Shown here in pieces: positions 40,689 to 50,689 of a stretch of DNA of 64,000 nucleotides (positions are counted from its first letter, which is position 1; each line of letters opens with the position of its first letter). This DNA is from an uncultured delta proteobacterium. GTDB taxonomy: Bacteria > Desulfobacterota > Desulfobacteria > Desulfobacterales > JAFDCJ01. A program made the translations under genes and the position numbers. Under the pieces are notes generated by a model that did no database searches, was not told where the DNA came from, and saw only the letters and a list, made by a program, of their open reading frames with translations. The stretch is taken from positions 96,001-160,000 of the forward strand of contig CAVYNY010000017.1 in the NCBI GenBank assembly GCA_963769935.1, given 5' to 3'.

Positions 40689-41873
40689 ATGAAAACAATT
40701 AAATTATGCTTAGCCATGATGGCCGCGGTCCTGCTGTCCTTCGGATTAAGTACCGCGGCCCTGGCCTTCCACAACGGCGGCGTGGCGCACTGTGACGGCT
40801 GCCATACCATGCACAACTCGGAAAACGGCCAATCCATCATTGAAGGGGGAGTTGTCGGCGTAACCGGCGACTACCTGACCAAGGGCACCGACCCCGGCTC
40901 CACGTGTTTGACCTGTCACGCGGGAAGCGGCAGCTACCATGTACTCAGCGATGACGGCTCCAACCAGACCCCGGGCGGCGATTTCTACTGGCTGACCAAA
41001 ACTTTCAGCTATCCGGTGCGCAGCAGCACTGTAACCCGCCACGGGTACAACTTCGGGCACACGATCATCGCCGCAGATTTCGGTTTTTTGACTCCGGACC
41101 CCGATCTGGCTCAAGCCCCCGGAGGCACCTTTCCATCGGCACTGTTGACCTGCAGCAGCTGTCATGACCCGCACGGTGTCAAGGTTAACCGGACCGGACC
41201 CATTGCCGGATCAGGCTCCTACGGTAACGCACCTCCGCCCGGCGCGGATCTGGGAAATTATCGGCTTCTGGGCGACATCGGATACCGGCCGGCGAGCGGC
41301 ATCGTGACATTTACAAACTCGCCGCCGATCGCCGCCACCACCTCAATTGCTCCCAATCCAGAGAGCGACAGCAACCACACCGACTACGGCAAGGGCATGT
41401 CCGAATGGTGCTCCAACTGCCACACGGCTTTTTTGGCACCCGGGGGGGCGGGACAGCATAAGCATCCGGCCGGCAATACCTCCGGCCTGGGCGCCGCCGG
41501 CATTTTCAATAACTACAACAGCTATGTCAAGACAGGCGATTTAACGGGAAATGCCGCAACCTCTTACCTGGCGCTGGTGCCTTTTGAAAGGCAGATCTCG
41601 GATTCGACGCTGTTAGATTCGCACAGTACCCAGGGACCGGATGGAAGTTCGAACGTTATGTGCCTGTCGTGCCATCGGGCCCATATTTCGGCTTTTCCGA
41701 ACTCGGGGCGCTGGGATTTCGAAACCGAACTGCTGGTCAATTCCCATCCGCAGGATACCGATACGGGAGCAATTGCCGGGGATCAGCTGGCCAGCTACTA
41801 CGGCCGGGATATTGCGACCGTTTTCGATCCCGAGCAGCGGAGTCTGTGCAACAAATGCCACGTCAAGGACTAA
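40689..41873 (+). CDS. omcS: OmcS-family hexaheme nanowire cytochrome
   Basis: Mature start FHNGGVAHCDGCHTMHNS, TPGGDF, APGGTFP, CSSCHDPHG, GMSEWCSNCH, YNSYVKTGDLTG, CLSCHRAH, C-terminus QRSLCNKCHVKD; closely parallels Geobacter OmcS/OmcT. Confidence 0.93.
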   Translation: MKTIKLCLAMMAAVLLSFGLSTAALAFHNGGVAHCDGCHTMHNSENGQSIIEGGVVGVTGDYLTKGTDPGSTCLTCHAGSGSYHVLSDDGSNQTPGGDFYWLTKTFSYPVRSSTVTRHGYNFGHTIIAADFGFLTPDPDLAQAPGGTFPSALLTCSSCHDPHGVKVNRTGPIAGSGSYGNAPPPGADLGNYRLLGDIGYRPASGIVTFTNSPPIAATTSIAPNPESDSNHTDYGKGMSEWCSNCHTAFLAPGGAGQHKHPAGNTSGLGAAGIFNNYNSYVKTGDLTGNAATSYLALVPFERQISDSTLLDSHSTQGPDGSSNVMCLSCHRAHISAFPNSGRWDFETELLVNSHPQDTDTGAIAGDQLASYYGRDIATVFDPEQRSLCNKCHVKD

Positions 41874-41895
41874 CCTGAATAATCCAGGCAAGCAT

Positions 41896-41932
41896 AAATG
41901 GCTGGCGGCGCTCTGCCGCCGGCTATTTTTTT
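41896..41932 (+). terminator. Rho-independent terminator after omcS
   Basis: AAATGGCTGGCGGC-GCTCT-GCCGCCGGCTATTTTTTT. Confidence 0.85.
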
Positions 41933-42058
41933 GACTGAATTGGGCATTGACGGTATATTATGATTGATGCTATCCAATCACCGTCGGTATGTAGATATCC
42001 CATTTTTTCAAGGTTGGATTGAAGCCCCCCTTTTCTGCCCCTAAAGGAGGTCAGGCTT

Positions 42059-43489
42059 TTGAAGATGCCGCGGCTGAATCGATATTTTGTTTTTTTGCTG
42101 GCTGTGCTTATCGGCGGCTGTTTTCCCCTCGAACCGGACGTTGACGTTGCCGTCCTTAAAATGCCCCTGGGACAGGATGGCGAAGTGATTTTATACCTGC
42201 AGCAGCTGCCGCCGGAAGCCGACAAGCTTCGCTTTGATATCGACGGGATTTCCGCCGTAAGGGATGACGGCTCGGTGGTGCCCTTATCCCTTTCCCTGAC
42301 CGGCCTGAAAGGCGCAGATCTCGCGGGGCTTCAAAAATTGATGGCAAGCGGGGTTCTGACCCCGGGCCATTACACCGGACTCTCCATCCGGATCAAGCAG
42401 GCCTGGGTCGAGACCGCCGAAGGTGAGGCCGCGCTGAAAGTTCCCGAGGAACCGCTGAGCGTGGCGCATCCCTTCGACGTGGCCCGGGAAAAAGCCTCGG
42501 CCCTGTTTCTGACGCTTAATCCCGGCCGGCAGATTACGGGGGAGAATCGATTTGCGCCTGTTTTCAGCCTGGCGTCAGCCGGCCAATTGCTGATCAATCT
42601 CACCGCTCTCGTCAGCAACCCCGAAACCAATCTCATCACAGTTTTCAACAAAGCGACCATGCAGGTGGCCGATGCGATTGCCGCCGGCCAGGGACCCATG
42701 GCACTGGCCCTCGACCAGCTCCGGGGCCTGGTGTATGCAACGGTTGCGCGGGATGACGCCATTTTGGCGATCGACGTCTTCAAACGGCAGATTATCAACA
42801 GGCTGAAACTCAATTTCAGGGACAATCCGGTCGATTTGGTCCTGACCCCCGACGGCCGGCGGCTGGTGTCGGTTAACCACGACTCCAATACGGTCAGCCT
42901 TATCGATGCCTTCTCGATGACGGAGGAAAGAAGAATCAGGGTCGGTGAGGGGCCGGCCGCTGCGGTTATGGACCCATCGGGTTCAAGGGTCTACATTTTA
43001 AATACGCGCTCGCGATCGATTTCGGTGGTGGATCTGTCCCAAAACACCCTGGTGGTTACGATCGGCGTCGAGGCGTCTCCGCTGAGAGGCACGTTTAATC
43101 GTGAAGGCGATATGCTATTTGTTATCAGCGGCGATTCACCTTACCTCACCGCCATCGATCGATCCCGGCTGGCCGTCACTGGAAAAATTTTTGTGGGGAC
43201 GGGGGCTGTTTCCATAAAGGCCGACAATCAAAGCGGTCTGCTCTATGTCGGCCGCAAGACCGGCGGCGAAATCGCCGTCATCGAACCGTCTTCTTCGATG
43301 TTTGTCGACACATTTCAGGTCGGCGGCAGGCCGGTGTTCCTGGCGATTGACGAGCAGGAGAGATCGCTGTTTGCGGCGCTTTCCGACCGTAAAATCCTTC
43401 AGAAAATCAATCTCATCAGCAAGAAGGTCGTTGCTGAAATAGAAGTGGGGAAGGGGGCTTACGCAATTGTGGTCATGGGCGAGAGGTAG
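42059..43489 (+). CDS. Lipoprotein with beta-sandwich N-domain and YVTN/YncE beta-propeller
   Basis: Lipobox IGGC; repeats VSVNHDSNTVSLID, RIRVGEGP, EIEVGKG. Confidence 0.8.
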   Translation: MKMPRLNRYFVFLLAVLIGGCFPLEPDVDVAVLKMPLGQDGEVILYLQQLPPEADKLRFDIDGISAVRDDGSVVPLSLSLTGLKGADLAGLQKLMASGVLTPGHYTGLSIRIKQAWVETAEGEAALKVPEEPLSVAHPFDVAREKASALFLTLNPGRQITGENRFAPVFSLASAGQLLINLTALVSNPETNLITVFNKATMQVADAIAAGQGPMALALDQLRGLVYATVARDDAILAIDVFKRQIINRLKLNFRDNPVDLVLTPDGRRLVSVNHDSNTVSLIDAFSMTEERRIRVGEGPAAAVMDPSGSRVYILNTRSRSISVVDLSQNTLVVTIGVEASPLRGTFNREGDMLFVISGDSPYLTAIDRSRLAVTGKIFVGTGAVSIKADNQSGLLYVGRKTGGEIAVIEPSSSMFVDTFQVGGRPVFLAIDEQERSLFAALSDRKILQKINLISKKVVAEIEVGKGAYAIVVMGER

Positions 43490-43492
43490 GAT

Positions 43493-45688
43493 ATGGGCCG
43501 GACGATTTTCCCTTGTATCTGTCTGATTGCGATTTTCTTTTGGATCCATGCCCAATTGGGTTCAAGCGCCAGGGCCGACAGCGTGGACTTTAATACCGAC
43601 CATCGGTATATCGATTCCAGAGGCACGACCAAATTTAAACTTACCGGGGAAAATCTCGATACCAATTATGAGCAATTTAATCAGCTCTACAATCTTAACC
43701 TTTCAAAAAACATTTATCCTTATCTGCTTTTTAACAGTGGAACCGTATACCAGATAAATTCAACCTCGTCTTCAAGCGGAGACAACAACGTCGATACCGA
43801 GGAGAAGATTCTGACTCCCTTTGCCGAACTGAACCTTACCAATCCGATATACCAGGCCGGCCTTGCCTATCACAAAAGAAGAATCGAGGAAGATGTAACC
43901 GATGTGCCTGATACCCGGGCAGACCGCGATGAAATCACCGGGACGCTGGGGATGAACCCCCCTTCCGACTTGTTTCCGGATTGGAGCCTGCGCTACAGCG
44001 ATATCCACACCTACGACGATCCGGAAACCCAGGATCAGTTTCAGAAGGTGTGGATGCTGGATACCGCCTACACGCCTTTGAGTGGCCTCTTTCTCGACTA
44101 CTCGTACGCGCGCACCGATACCGAAGAAAAACTTCAGAATTTCGATACGGTCGAACAATCGCATCTGGGTACGGCCGAATATTCCCGCAATTTTTTCAAC
44201 CAACGCCTGTCCATGGACACCTCCTATACGGTCAATTACAGCAAATTTGAGTTTTCGAGAGGCAGCGGTACTTCCGAAGTTCCATTGCTGCGGTTTGCCG
44301 GTCTTTCGTCGCTGAGCAATACACCGGACGACGGCCCGGCGATGGGTACCAACCCGGCTTTAATCGACGGCAATCTGACGGCCTCGGCCGGCCTGAATAT
44401 CGGAACCGCCGGCGATCAGAGCCAGCCGGTCAACATGGGGCTCGATTTCGGATTTGCGATCGATGTGGATACCCTCCATGTATGGGTGGATCGCCGTCCG
44501 ACCAGCACGGTTGTCAACTCTTTTTCCTGGAGTGTTTATACCAGTCCGGATAATACGGATTTCAGCACCTGGACCCTGGTTGCAACCGTGTCCCCAGCCA
44601 ATTTCGGGACGCTCGACAATCGCTTCGAGATATCTTTTCCCCGGGTCAATACGCGGTTTATCAAGGTGGTGACGGCCGCGCTGTCTCCTGTTGTTCCCGG
44701 TGCGGGGAGCTTCCCGAATATCTTTGTCACCGAGTTGCAGGCCTTTATCACGACCTCGGGGACATCCTTCAATACCCAAAGCAGCGTCCTGAATCAAAAC
44801 TATAACCTCGGTCTCAGAGGCAAGCTCAGCGCCAGTACCCTGCTTGGCTATAATCTGTTCTATAACCAGCAGGATACAGATCCGGGCAATATCAAACGCA
44901 CGCAATATACCAACGGTCTTTATTTGAATCATACCTTCAACGATACCTTTTCCGCCAACGCCAACGGTCAACGCACCGACATCTCCAATGACGTTGCGAA
45001 TGGAACCGAGGATTCCTACAATTACACGTATGGGACTTCCCTAAGGGCAAATTGGCTGGCCACGTTCAATCAGGCGCTGACGTTCAGCGGGTCATATGAC
45101 AACACCGTTCTGGGATCATCTTCGCAGAACGCCCTGTTCCTGCGCAATAATGCCATTCTTTATCAAGGCTGGAGTGCGTTTTTGGATACCGGCTACACCT
45201 GGGAAGAGCCTGAAATCGGATCCCGCATATCCAGTGTTATTATCAGACAGGGCACAAACCTGCAGCCGAACCAAAAAATCAGCCTTAATCTAAGTTTTTC
45301 GTATAAGCGAACCATGCAATCCGGCGAAGACGTCGGACCCAGCGACGAAACCAGATGGGACATACAGGGATTTTATATACCGTTTCGCAATCTGTCTTTT
45401 TTTGCCAAAGTAAATTCGGTCTACCGGGATGGTTCGACGGACACATTTCAGAATTACACCGTGAACTGGTCGCCTTTTCCGGATGGCGATCTGCAGTTTT
45501 TTTTCGTTTTTAACGAAATCCTGTTGTCTGAAAGCAACCAGGAAGAAAGGGTAGTCGGACCGGGTTTGAAATGGACCATCGGTCCGCACATCTCTTTAGA
45601 TATGTCCTACAATTATACGACCAGCGACAACGATACCGAGAAAATTGAATCAAACGTTTTCAGTGCGGATTTAAGGACCCATTTTTAA
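43493..45688 (+). CDS. Large outer-membrane beta-barrel with inserted discoidin-like domain
   Basis: Signal peptide, alternating Y/N/S-rich beta-strands, C-terminal Phe (DLRTHF); central ALIDG..TRFIKV..VTELQA insert. Confidence 0.75.
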   Translation: MGRTIFPCICLIAIFFWIHAQLGSSARADSVDFNTDHRYIDSRGTTKFKLTGENLDTNYEQFNQLYNLNLSKNIYPYLLFNSGTVYQINSTSSSSGDNNVDTEEKILTPFAELNLTNPIYQAGLAYHKRRIEEDVTDVPDTRADRDEITGTLGMNPPSDLFPDWSLRYSDIHTYDDPETQDQFQKVWMLDTAYTPLSGLFLDYSYARTDTEEKLQNFDTVEQSHLGTAEYSRNFFNQRLSMDTSYTVNYSKFEFSRGSGTSEVPLLRFAGLSSLSNTPDDGPAMGTNPALIDGNLTASAGLNIGTAGDQSQPVNMGLDFGFAIDVDTLHVWVDRRPTSTVVNSFSWSVYTSPDNTDFSTWTLVATVSPANFGTLDNRFEISFPRVNTRFIKVVTAALSPVVPGAGSFPNIFVTELQAFITTSGTSFNTQSSVLNQNYNLGLRGKLSASTLLGYNLFYNQQDTDPGNIKRTQYTNGLYLNHTFNDTFSANANGQRTDISNDVANGTEDSYNYTYGTSLRANWLATFNQALTFSGSYDNTVLGSSSQNALFLRNNAILYQGWSAFLDTGYTWEEPEIGSRISSVIIRQGTNLQPNQKISLNLSFSYKRTMQSGEDVGPSDETRWDIQGFYIPFRNLSFFAKVNSVYRDGSTDTFQNYTVNWSPFPDGDLQFFFVFNEILLSESNQEERVVGPGLKWTIGPHISLDMSYNYTTSDNDTEKIESNVFSADLRTHF

Positions 45689-45882
45689 GTCTCACCCGGA
45701 AGCTGGAGGCGTGAATGCCGGCGTGAAGTCAGGCTGGTTTTTCGCAACGGCAAGGGCTTCTTTTTATCGTCATTTTAGCGGGGAATGTCAAAGCAGTTGA
45801 TCGCAAAGGCAAAAGCAGCTATGCTTTAAAAAGCATTTTGCAAAATCAGAGGGCCAAGATACTTTAATACGAGGAAATTAAG

Positions 45883-46476
45883 ATGGTTAGAGCGGCAAAT
45901 CGCACACATTTCAGGCTCTGTCTTTTATCCTTTATCCTTATTTTTTCGGTTGCCTGCGGTTCCAAATACAACATATCCGAAAATTACCATGACCCGGATG
46001 TCGATTTCGCGCTCCTGCGGACTGTGGCCGTGATGCCGTTTTCCAATCTGACCAATGATAAGCTGGCGGGGGAAAGGGTGCGCAGTACTTTTATGAACAG
46101 CCTCCTGTCTACCGGCGCGCTTTATGTGATTCCTCCCGGGGAGGTGGCGCGCGGAATTTCACGGGCTGGAATCGACAACCCATGGGCCCCATCCGGCGAG
46201 GATATCAACAAATTCGCGGCGATTGTCGGTGCCGATTCCGTGATTACCGGGGTTGTCACGGAATATGGGGAGGTACGGTCGGGCGCCGTAACGGCCAATG
46301 TGATATCATTGAGCATGCAAATGCTTGAGAAAGATTCACGCAAAGTCATATGGTCTGCAGCCACTACCAAAGGCGGGATATCCATCTGGGATAGGCTTTT
46401 CGGCGGCGGCGGCCAGCCCATGGAAGATGTAACCCAAGCGGCGGTAGATGATATTATCAATAAACTTTTCTATTAG
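45883..46476 (+). CDS. CsgG/DUF799-like lipoprotein
   Basis: Lipobox SVAC, VAVMPFSNLT, ADSVITGVVTEY, KVIWSA. Confidence 0.75.
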   Translation: MVRAANRTHFRLCLLSFILIFSVACGSKYNISENYHDPDVDFALLRTVAVMPFSNLTNDKLAGERVRSTFMNSLLSTGALYVIPPGEVARGISRAGIDNPWAPSGEDINKFAAIVGADSVITGVVTEYGEVRSGAVTANVISLSMQMLEKDSRKVIWSAATTKGGISIWDRLFGGGGQPMEDVTQAAVDDIINKLFY

Positions 46477-47584
46477 GACGGCTGTCCTTCTGCTTGCATT
46501 TCTGCTTTGCAATTCAAGTGCTGCAGCCCAAAATGACGCGGCCGATGAAGCGGCTGTCCCCAAGACCAGCGGCAGTACTGAACGGCTTAAAATTGCAGTC
46601 TATCCGGTCTCAAACCTCAGCGGAAGCACCGCGCCGCTTGCCGCCATAGGCCTGCAGCTGATCGGGGAGCTTAAAGATTCGGACGCCACCCTCATCGAGG
46701 GTGACGTCCTTGACAGCGTCATTACCAAATACCGTGTTCGTTACCTGGGCGGTCTTGATAAGGCGACCGCGCAGGCGCTGCGGCGGGATGCCGGGGCCGA
46801 TTGCGTTCTGATAACATCGTTGGAGCTTTACAGTGAAGTAGTTCCCCCCAAAATTGCGTTGACAGCCCGGTTGGTTTCAACCGGAAGTAAGACGGAAATT
46901 CTATGGATCGATGGTATCGGCCTGGCCGGTGACGACGCTCCCGGGCTTCTGGCGCATGGGTTGGTCGAAGACCCCCTGATGCTGATGAGAAGAGCCGTTC
47001 ATCGCCTGGCACAATCCCTGACAGTTTTTCTATCCGGGCAGGGGAAACGGGTGAATTCCCGGTCGCCCCAGAAAAAGTTCGCTCCCGAGGTCATCTACCG
47101 TAAAGATGTCCTGGCGGGCGACAAGACTTATAGAGTGGCGGTTGTGCCCTTTTTCAACCCGAGTGCCCGCACCTTCGCCGGAGAGATCCTGGCGCTGCAT
47201 TTTGTCAGACAGCTATGGGCGCTTGAGAATTTTAAGATCATTGAACCCGGCGTGGTGCGGCAGCAGCTTCTCAAATCAAGGATTATCATGAATAGCGGCA
47301 TTTCCCTGGCCGATGCCGATCTCATTGGCCACGAGTTGAATGCCGATCTCATTCTAAACGGCAAGGTCATTGATTATCAGGACTATCGAGGCTACAGCGG
47401 TATCGTCAAAGTGGATTTCTCGGCCCAGCTCTTCGAACGCGCCAGCCGCGAGGTGGTTTGGTCGGTAAAAAGCTATCATCAGGGGGATGACGGCGTTTTC
47501 TTTTTCGATTGGGGAAAGGTAAATACGGCTTACGCGATGGCCAGCCAGATGGTGCAGCTGGCGGTGGAGGAGATGGGTGAGTAG
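46448..47584 (+). CDS. Tandem CsgG/DUF799-like domain protein
   Basis: IAVYPVSNLS..EILW and VAVVPFFNPS..ADLILNGKVIDY..EVVWS. Confidence 0.7.
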   Translation: MILSINFSIRTAVLLLAFLLCNSSAAAQNDAADEAAVPKTSGSTERLKIAVYPVSNLSGSTAPLAAIGLQLIGELKDSDATLIEGDVLDSVITKYRVRYLGGLDKATAQALRRDAGADCVLITSLELYSEVVPPKIALTARLVSTGSKTEILWIDGIGLAGDDAPGLLAHGLVEDPLMLMRRAVHRLAQSLTVFLSGQGKRVNSRSPQKKFAPEVIYRKDVLAGDKTYRVAVVPFFNPSARTFAGEILALHFVRQLWALENFKIIEPGVVRQQLLKSRIIMNSGISLADADLIGHELNADLILNGKVIDYQDYRGYSGIVKVDFSAQLFERASREVVWSVKSYHQGDDGVFFFDWGKVNTAYAMASQMVQLAVEEMGE

Positions 47585-47712
47585 TTTCAAGTTAATTGTT
47601 ATTGGTTATTGGCCGTTGGTTGCTGGTCAGTGGCTCGTTATGAATAAAAGCAGTGTCTAAAAACTATACCGCGAAAGGTTGATCAGAGCGAACCTGAAAG
47701 TGAAGTGAGAAG

Positions 47713-49281
47713 ATGAAGCCCGGTACCCAAAATCCGGTAATAACCCCTTTTCGACCTGAAATGAAAAAATCCTTGCCGTATATTTACGTCCTCGCCTTTT
47801 TTTCAGGTATGTGCATCATGGCCAATGAACTTTGTGCATCCCGACTCGTGGCACCCTATTTCGGTACCTCCTCCTTTGTCTGGACCAACATCATCGGCGT
47901 CATAATGATTGCCCTCTCGGCCGGTTACGTTATCGGCGGGAAGCTCGCCGATCGGAAACCAAGGCTTGGTATCCTGTTGAAGCTGCTCCTGGCTGCTTGT
48001 GTGTTTCTCTTCCTGCTCCCTTTTGTGGTTTACCCCGTTGTCCAGGGGCTCTCATCTTTCTTGGAGAGCTTCAACTCCTCATTTTCGTTCATATTTTTCG
48101 GATCGCTCTTAGCCATAATTTTCCTGTTCTCTCCACCGATCGTGATCTTGGGCATGACCAGTCCTTTCCTTATACGCATTGTTGCCCGGACCGACCACGT
48201 GGGGGGCTCTGTAGGGCGCATTTTCGGCATCTCAACCATCGGGAGCGTCGTTGGAACATTTTTGCCTGTCCTTGTGCTCATTCCGGCCATCGGCACAAGC
48301 AAGACGATCCTGTTCTTTTCCTCAGCCCTCTTCGTCGTCGCCGCTCTGGGTTTCACTGGAAAAACAAGGGCGCTTCTTTCAGTAGCGGCGATCGTGCCGT
48401 TCCTTTTCCCGGTGCCGGACGCGAGGCGAACTCCGGGAAAGATCTACGCGACGGAGTCGTCCTATCAGTATATAGAGGTGTTCGACATAGGCTCTTACCG
48501 TTATCTCGTGTACAACAACGCAGCTGGATTTCAGACGGTCGCCAACAAGAGAAGTCCTCTCACAGGCCTGAACTACTACTACGACTACTATTCTCTCCTC
48601 CCCTTCATTTTTGAGGGCACGCCCAAAAAGGCCCTTATCATAGGCCTGGGGGGCGGCATTATCGCGAACCAGTTGCGCTACTTTCATCCGGAAATCATCG
48701 TAGATGGCGTCGAAATAGACCCGAAGGTCATACAGGTCGCCCGGAAATACTTCGCCCTTAGGTCCGATGCAGATGTATTCAATCAGGACGGACGTATCTT
48801 TGTGACATTGAGCAAAAAAAAATACGACATTGTCATCATCGATGCTTACACACGACAAGTCTACATTCCTTTTCACCTGACAACTGTGGAATTCTTCACG
48901 AAGCTGAAGGATAGACTTTCGGAACAGGGAATTGTCGCAATGAATGTTTCCGCGCCCAGAGAAGACTCGCCGCTCCTGCAGAGCATCATGAACACGCTGC
49001 GGCTTGTGTTCGGTCACGTGTATCTATTCAGAATCCCGATGTCTTACGACAATATCGTGCTCGTCTCAGACAGAAGCTTGGACTTCGGGTTGTTCGGACG
49101 GGCGGCCGGGACCGAACTTCAGGGCATCGCCCAGTTAAGCCGGCCCCTGTTCCGGGAAATCAAAACCAACGGCAAGTACGAACCGCTTACCGACGACCGG
49201 GCTCCCGTCGAACATATGGTGGATTGGGAGATTCTCAAACAGGAAATCAAGGCTGATAAAGCCGGACCCGGTGCCGGCTGA
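47713..49281 (+). CDS. Fused membrane/spermidine synthase-like protein
   Basis: SRLVAPYFGTS, IIGLGGG, VEIDP, DGRIF, IIDAY, LTDDRAPVE; the start may be 47761. Confidence 0.85.
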   Translation: MKPGTQNPVITPFRPEMKKSLPYIYVLAFFSGMCIMANELCASRLVAPYFGTSSFVWTNIIGVIMIALSAGYVIGGKLADRKPRLGILLKLLLAACVFLFLLPFVVYPVVQGLSSFLESFNSSFSFIFFGSLLAIIFLFSPPIVILGMTSPFLIRIVARTDHVGGSVGRIFGISTIGSVVGTFLPVLVLIPAIGTSKTILFFSSALFVVAALGFTGKTRALLSVAAIVPFLFPVPDARRTPGKIYATESSYQYIEVFDIGSYRYLVYNNAAGFQTVANKRSPLTGLNYYYDYYSLLPFIFEGTPKKALIIGLGGGIIANQLRYFHPEIIVDGVEIDPKVIQVARKYFALRSDADVFNQDGRIFVTLSKKKYDIVIIDAYTRQVYIPFHLTTVEFFTKLKDRLSEQGIVAMNVSAPREDSPLLQSIMNTLRLVFGHVYLFRIPMSYDNIVLVSDRSLDFGLFGRAAGTELQGIAQLSRPLFREIKTNGKYEPLTDDRAPVEHMVDWEILKQEIKADKAGPGAG

Positions 49282-49300
49282 GACGGTCGTACCGGCCCGC

Positions 49301-50689
49301 CTACTCCAGCCCATATTTCTTCACCTGGTAGCGCAGCGTATCGTAGCTGATGTCCAGCAGTTTGGCTGCCAGGGTCTTGTTGTAATTTGATTTTTCGAGC
49401 GCCTGGCGGATGAGGTCCTTTTCCACCTCCTCCAGGGATATACCCGAATCGGGCAATGAAATTTTATCGCCGGTAAGTTGTTTGGTGCTTAAATTGTTGC
49501 CGAAGATCCATTTGGGCATCTGTTCCGGTGCAATAATTTCCGCATCTTCAAGCACGACGAATCGTTCGACCAGATTCTTGAGCTCTCTGACATTGCCCGG
49601 CCAGGCGTAGTTTATCATCAATTCTTCTGCCTGCGGTGTAAAGCCTTTAATTATTTTTTTATTATATTTCTTGGCAAAGTGGCTCAGAAAATAATTGGCC
49701 AGCAAGGGGATATCATCCTGTCTTTTTCTAAGCGGCAGGACGTGCAGATAAAAGGCGGTCAAACGAAAGAACAGGTCTTTGCGGAATTCCCCTTTGCTCA
49801 CCGCTTCGGAGAGGTTGCGATTCGTCGTGGCGATAACCGTCGCCTCCACATCGATTTCCCCTTTGCCGCCGATGCGTCTTATTTTGCGGTCTTCCAAAAC
49901 TCTGAGCAACTTGCTCTGAAGGTCCAATTTCATGTCCCCGATCTCATCGAGCAGGATGGCTCCGCCATTCGCCATTTCAAATAATCCCTTTTTGTCCGAC
50001 TTGGCATCGGTAAACGATCCCTTCTCATAGCCGAACAGCTGACTTTCAAGCAGCGATTCCGGCATGGCGGCACAGTTCACCGAAATAAAGGGTGCATTCC
50101 AGGAGTTGTCCGTATTGAACATTAATTTATGAATTCGTCGGGCGATAAGCTCTTTGCCGGTTCCGCTCTCTCCGGTGACGAGAATGTTGGAGACCCGGGC
50201 CTGGGCAATTTTCTTGATTTTTTCCTCCAGATCCTTGATGATGCCGGACTCTCCGACAATTTCCCTGTCAATGACTTCGGAATAGGCTTTTCTGAGATAG
50301 TCCACCTCCTCTTTGAGATTTTCTTTTTCAATAATGTTGCGGATAACGATTTTGACCTCATCCGTGTTAAACGGTTTGGTCAGGTAGTCGGAGGCGCCGA
50401 GCTTCATTGCTCTGACAGCCGTTTCGGCCGTATCATCCGCGGTGAGCATCACCACGGGGGTCGTCAGTCCATTTTCTTTTATTTCCTTAAGTATATCAAT
50501 TCCGTCACGATCGGGCATTCGGATGTCCATCAGCAGCAGATCCGGATTGCAGGACTTTATTTTATCGATAATGCCGGTGGTTTCAGTCTCGGCAAAAACG
50601 TCGTAGCCTTCCCTCCTCAACGCCTTGGAGAGCACCGTGACGATAAGTTCTTCGTCATCCAGCAAAAATACTTTCCCCTTGCTTTTCAT
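49301..50689 (-). CDS. NtrC-family sigma54-dependent response regulator
   Basis: REC (LDDE, MDIRMP, KPF), GESGTGKE, GSFTDA, WPGNVREL, C-terminal HTH. Confidence 0.95.
   Translation of the reverse strand: MKSKGKVFLLDDEELIVTVLSKALRREGYDVFAETETTGIIDKIKSCNPDLLLMDIRMPDRDGIDILKEIKENGLTTPVVMLTADDTAETAVRAMKLGASDYLTKPFNTDEVKIVIRNIIEKENLKEEVDYLRKAYSEVIDREIVGESGIIKDLEEKIKKIAQARVSNILVTGESGTGKELIARRIHKLMFNTDNSWNAPFISVNCAAMPESLLESQLFGYEKGSFTDAKSDKKGLFEMANGGAILLDEIGDMKLDLQSKLLRVLEDRKIRRIGGKGEIDVEATVIATTNRNLSEAVSKGEFRKDLFFRLTAFYLHVLPLRKRQDDIPLLANYFLSHFAKKYNKKIIKGFTPQAEELMINYAWPGNVRELKNLVERFVVLEDAEIIAPEQMPKWIFGNNLSTKQLTGDKISLPDSGISLEEVEKDLIRQALEKSNYNKTLAAKLLDISYDTLRYQVKKYGLE

Noticed and set aside
32971..47584. 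Assigning specific osc/oet gene letters
   Set aside because: Orthology cannot be verified without searches
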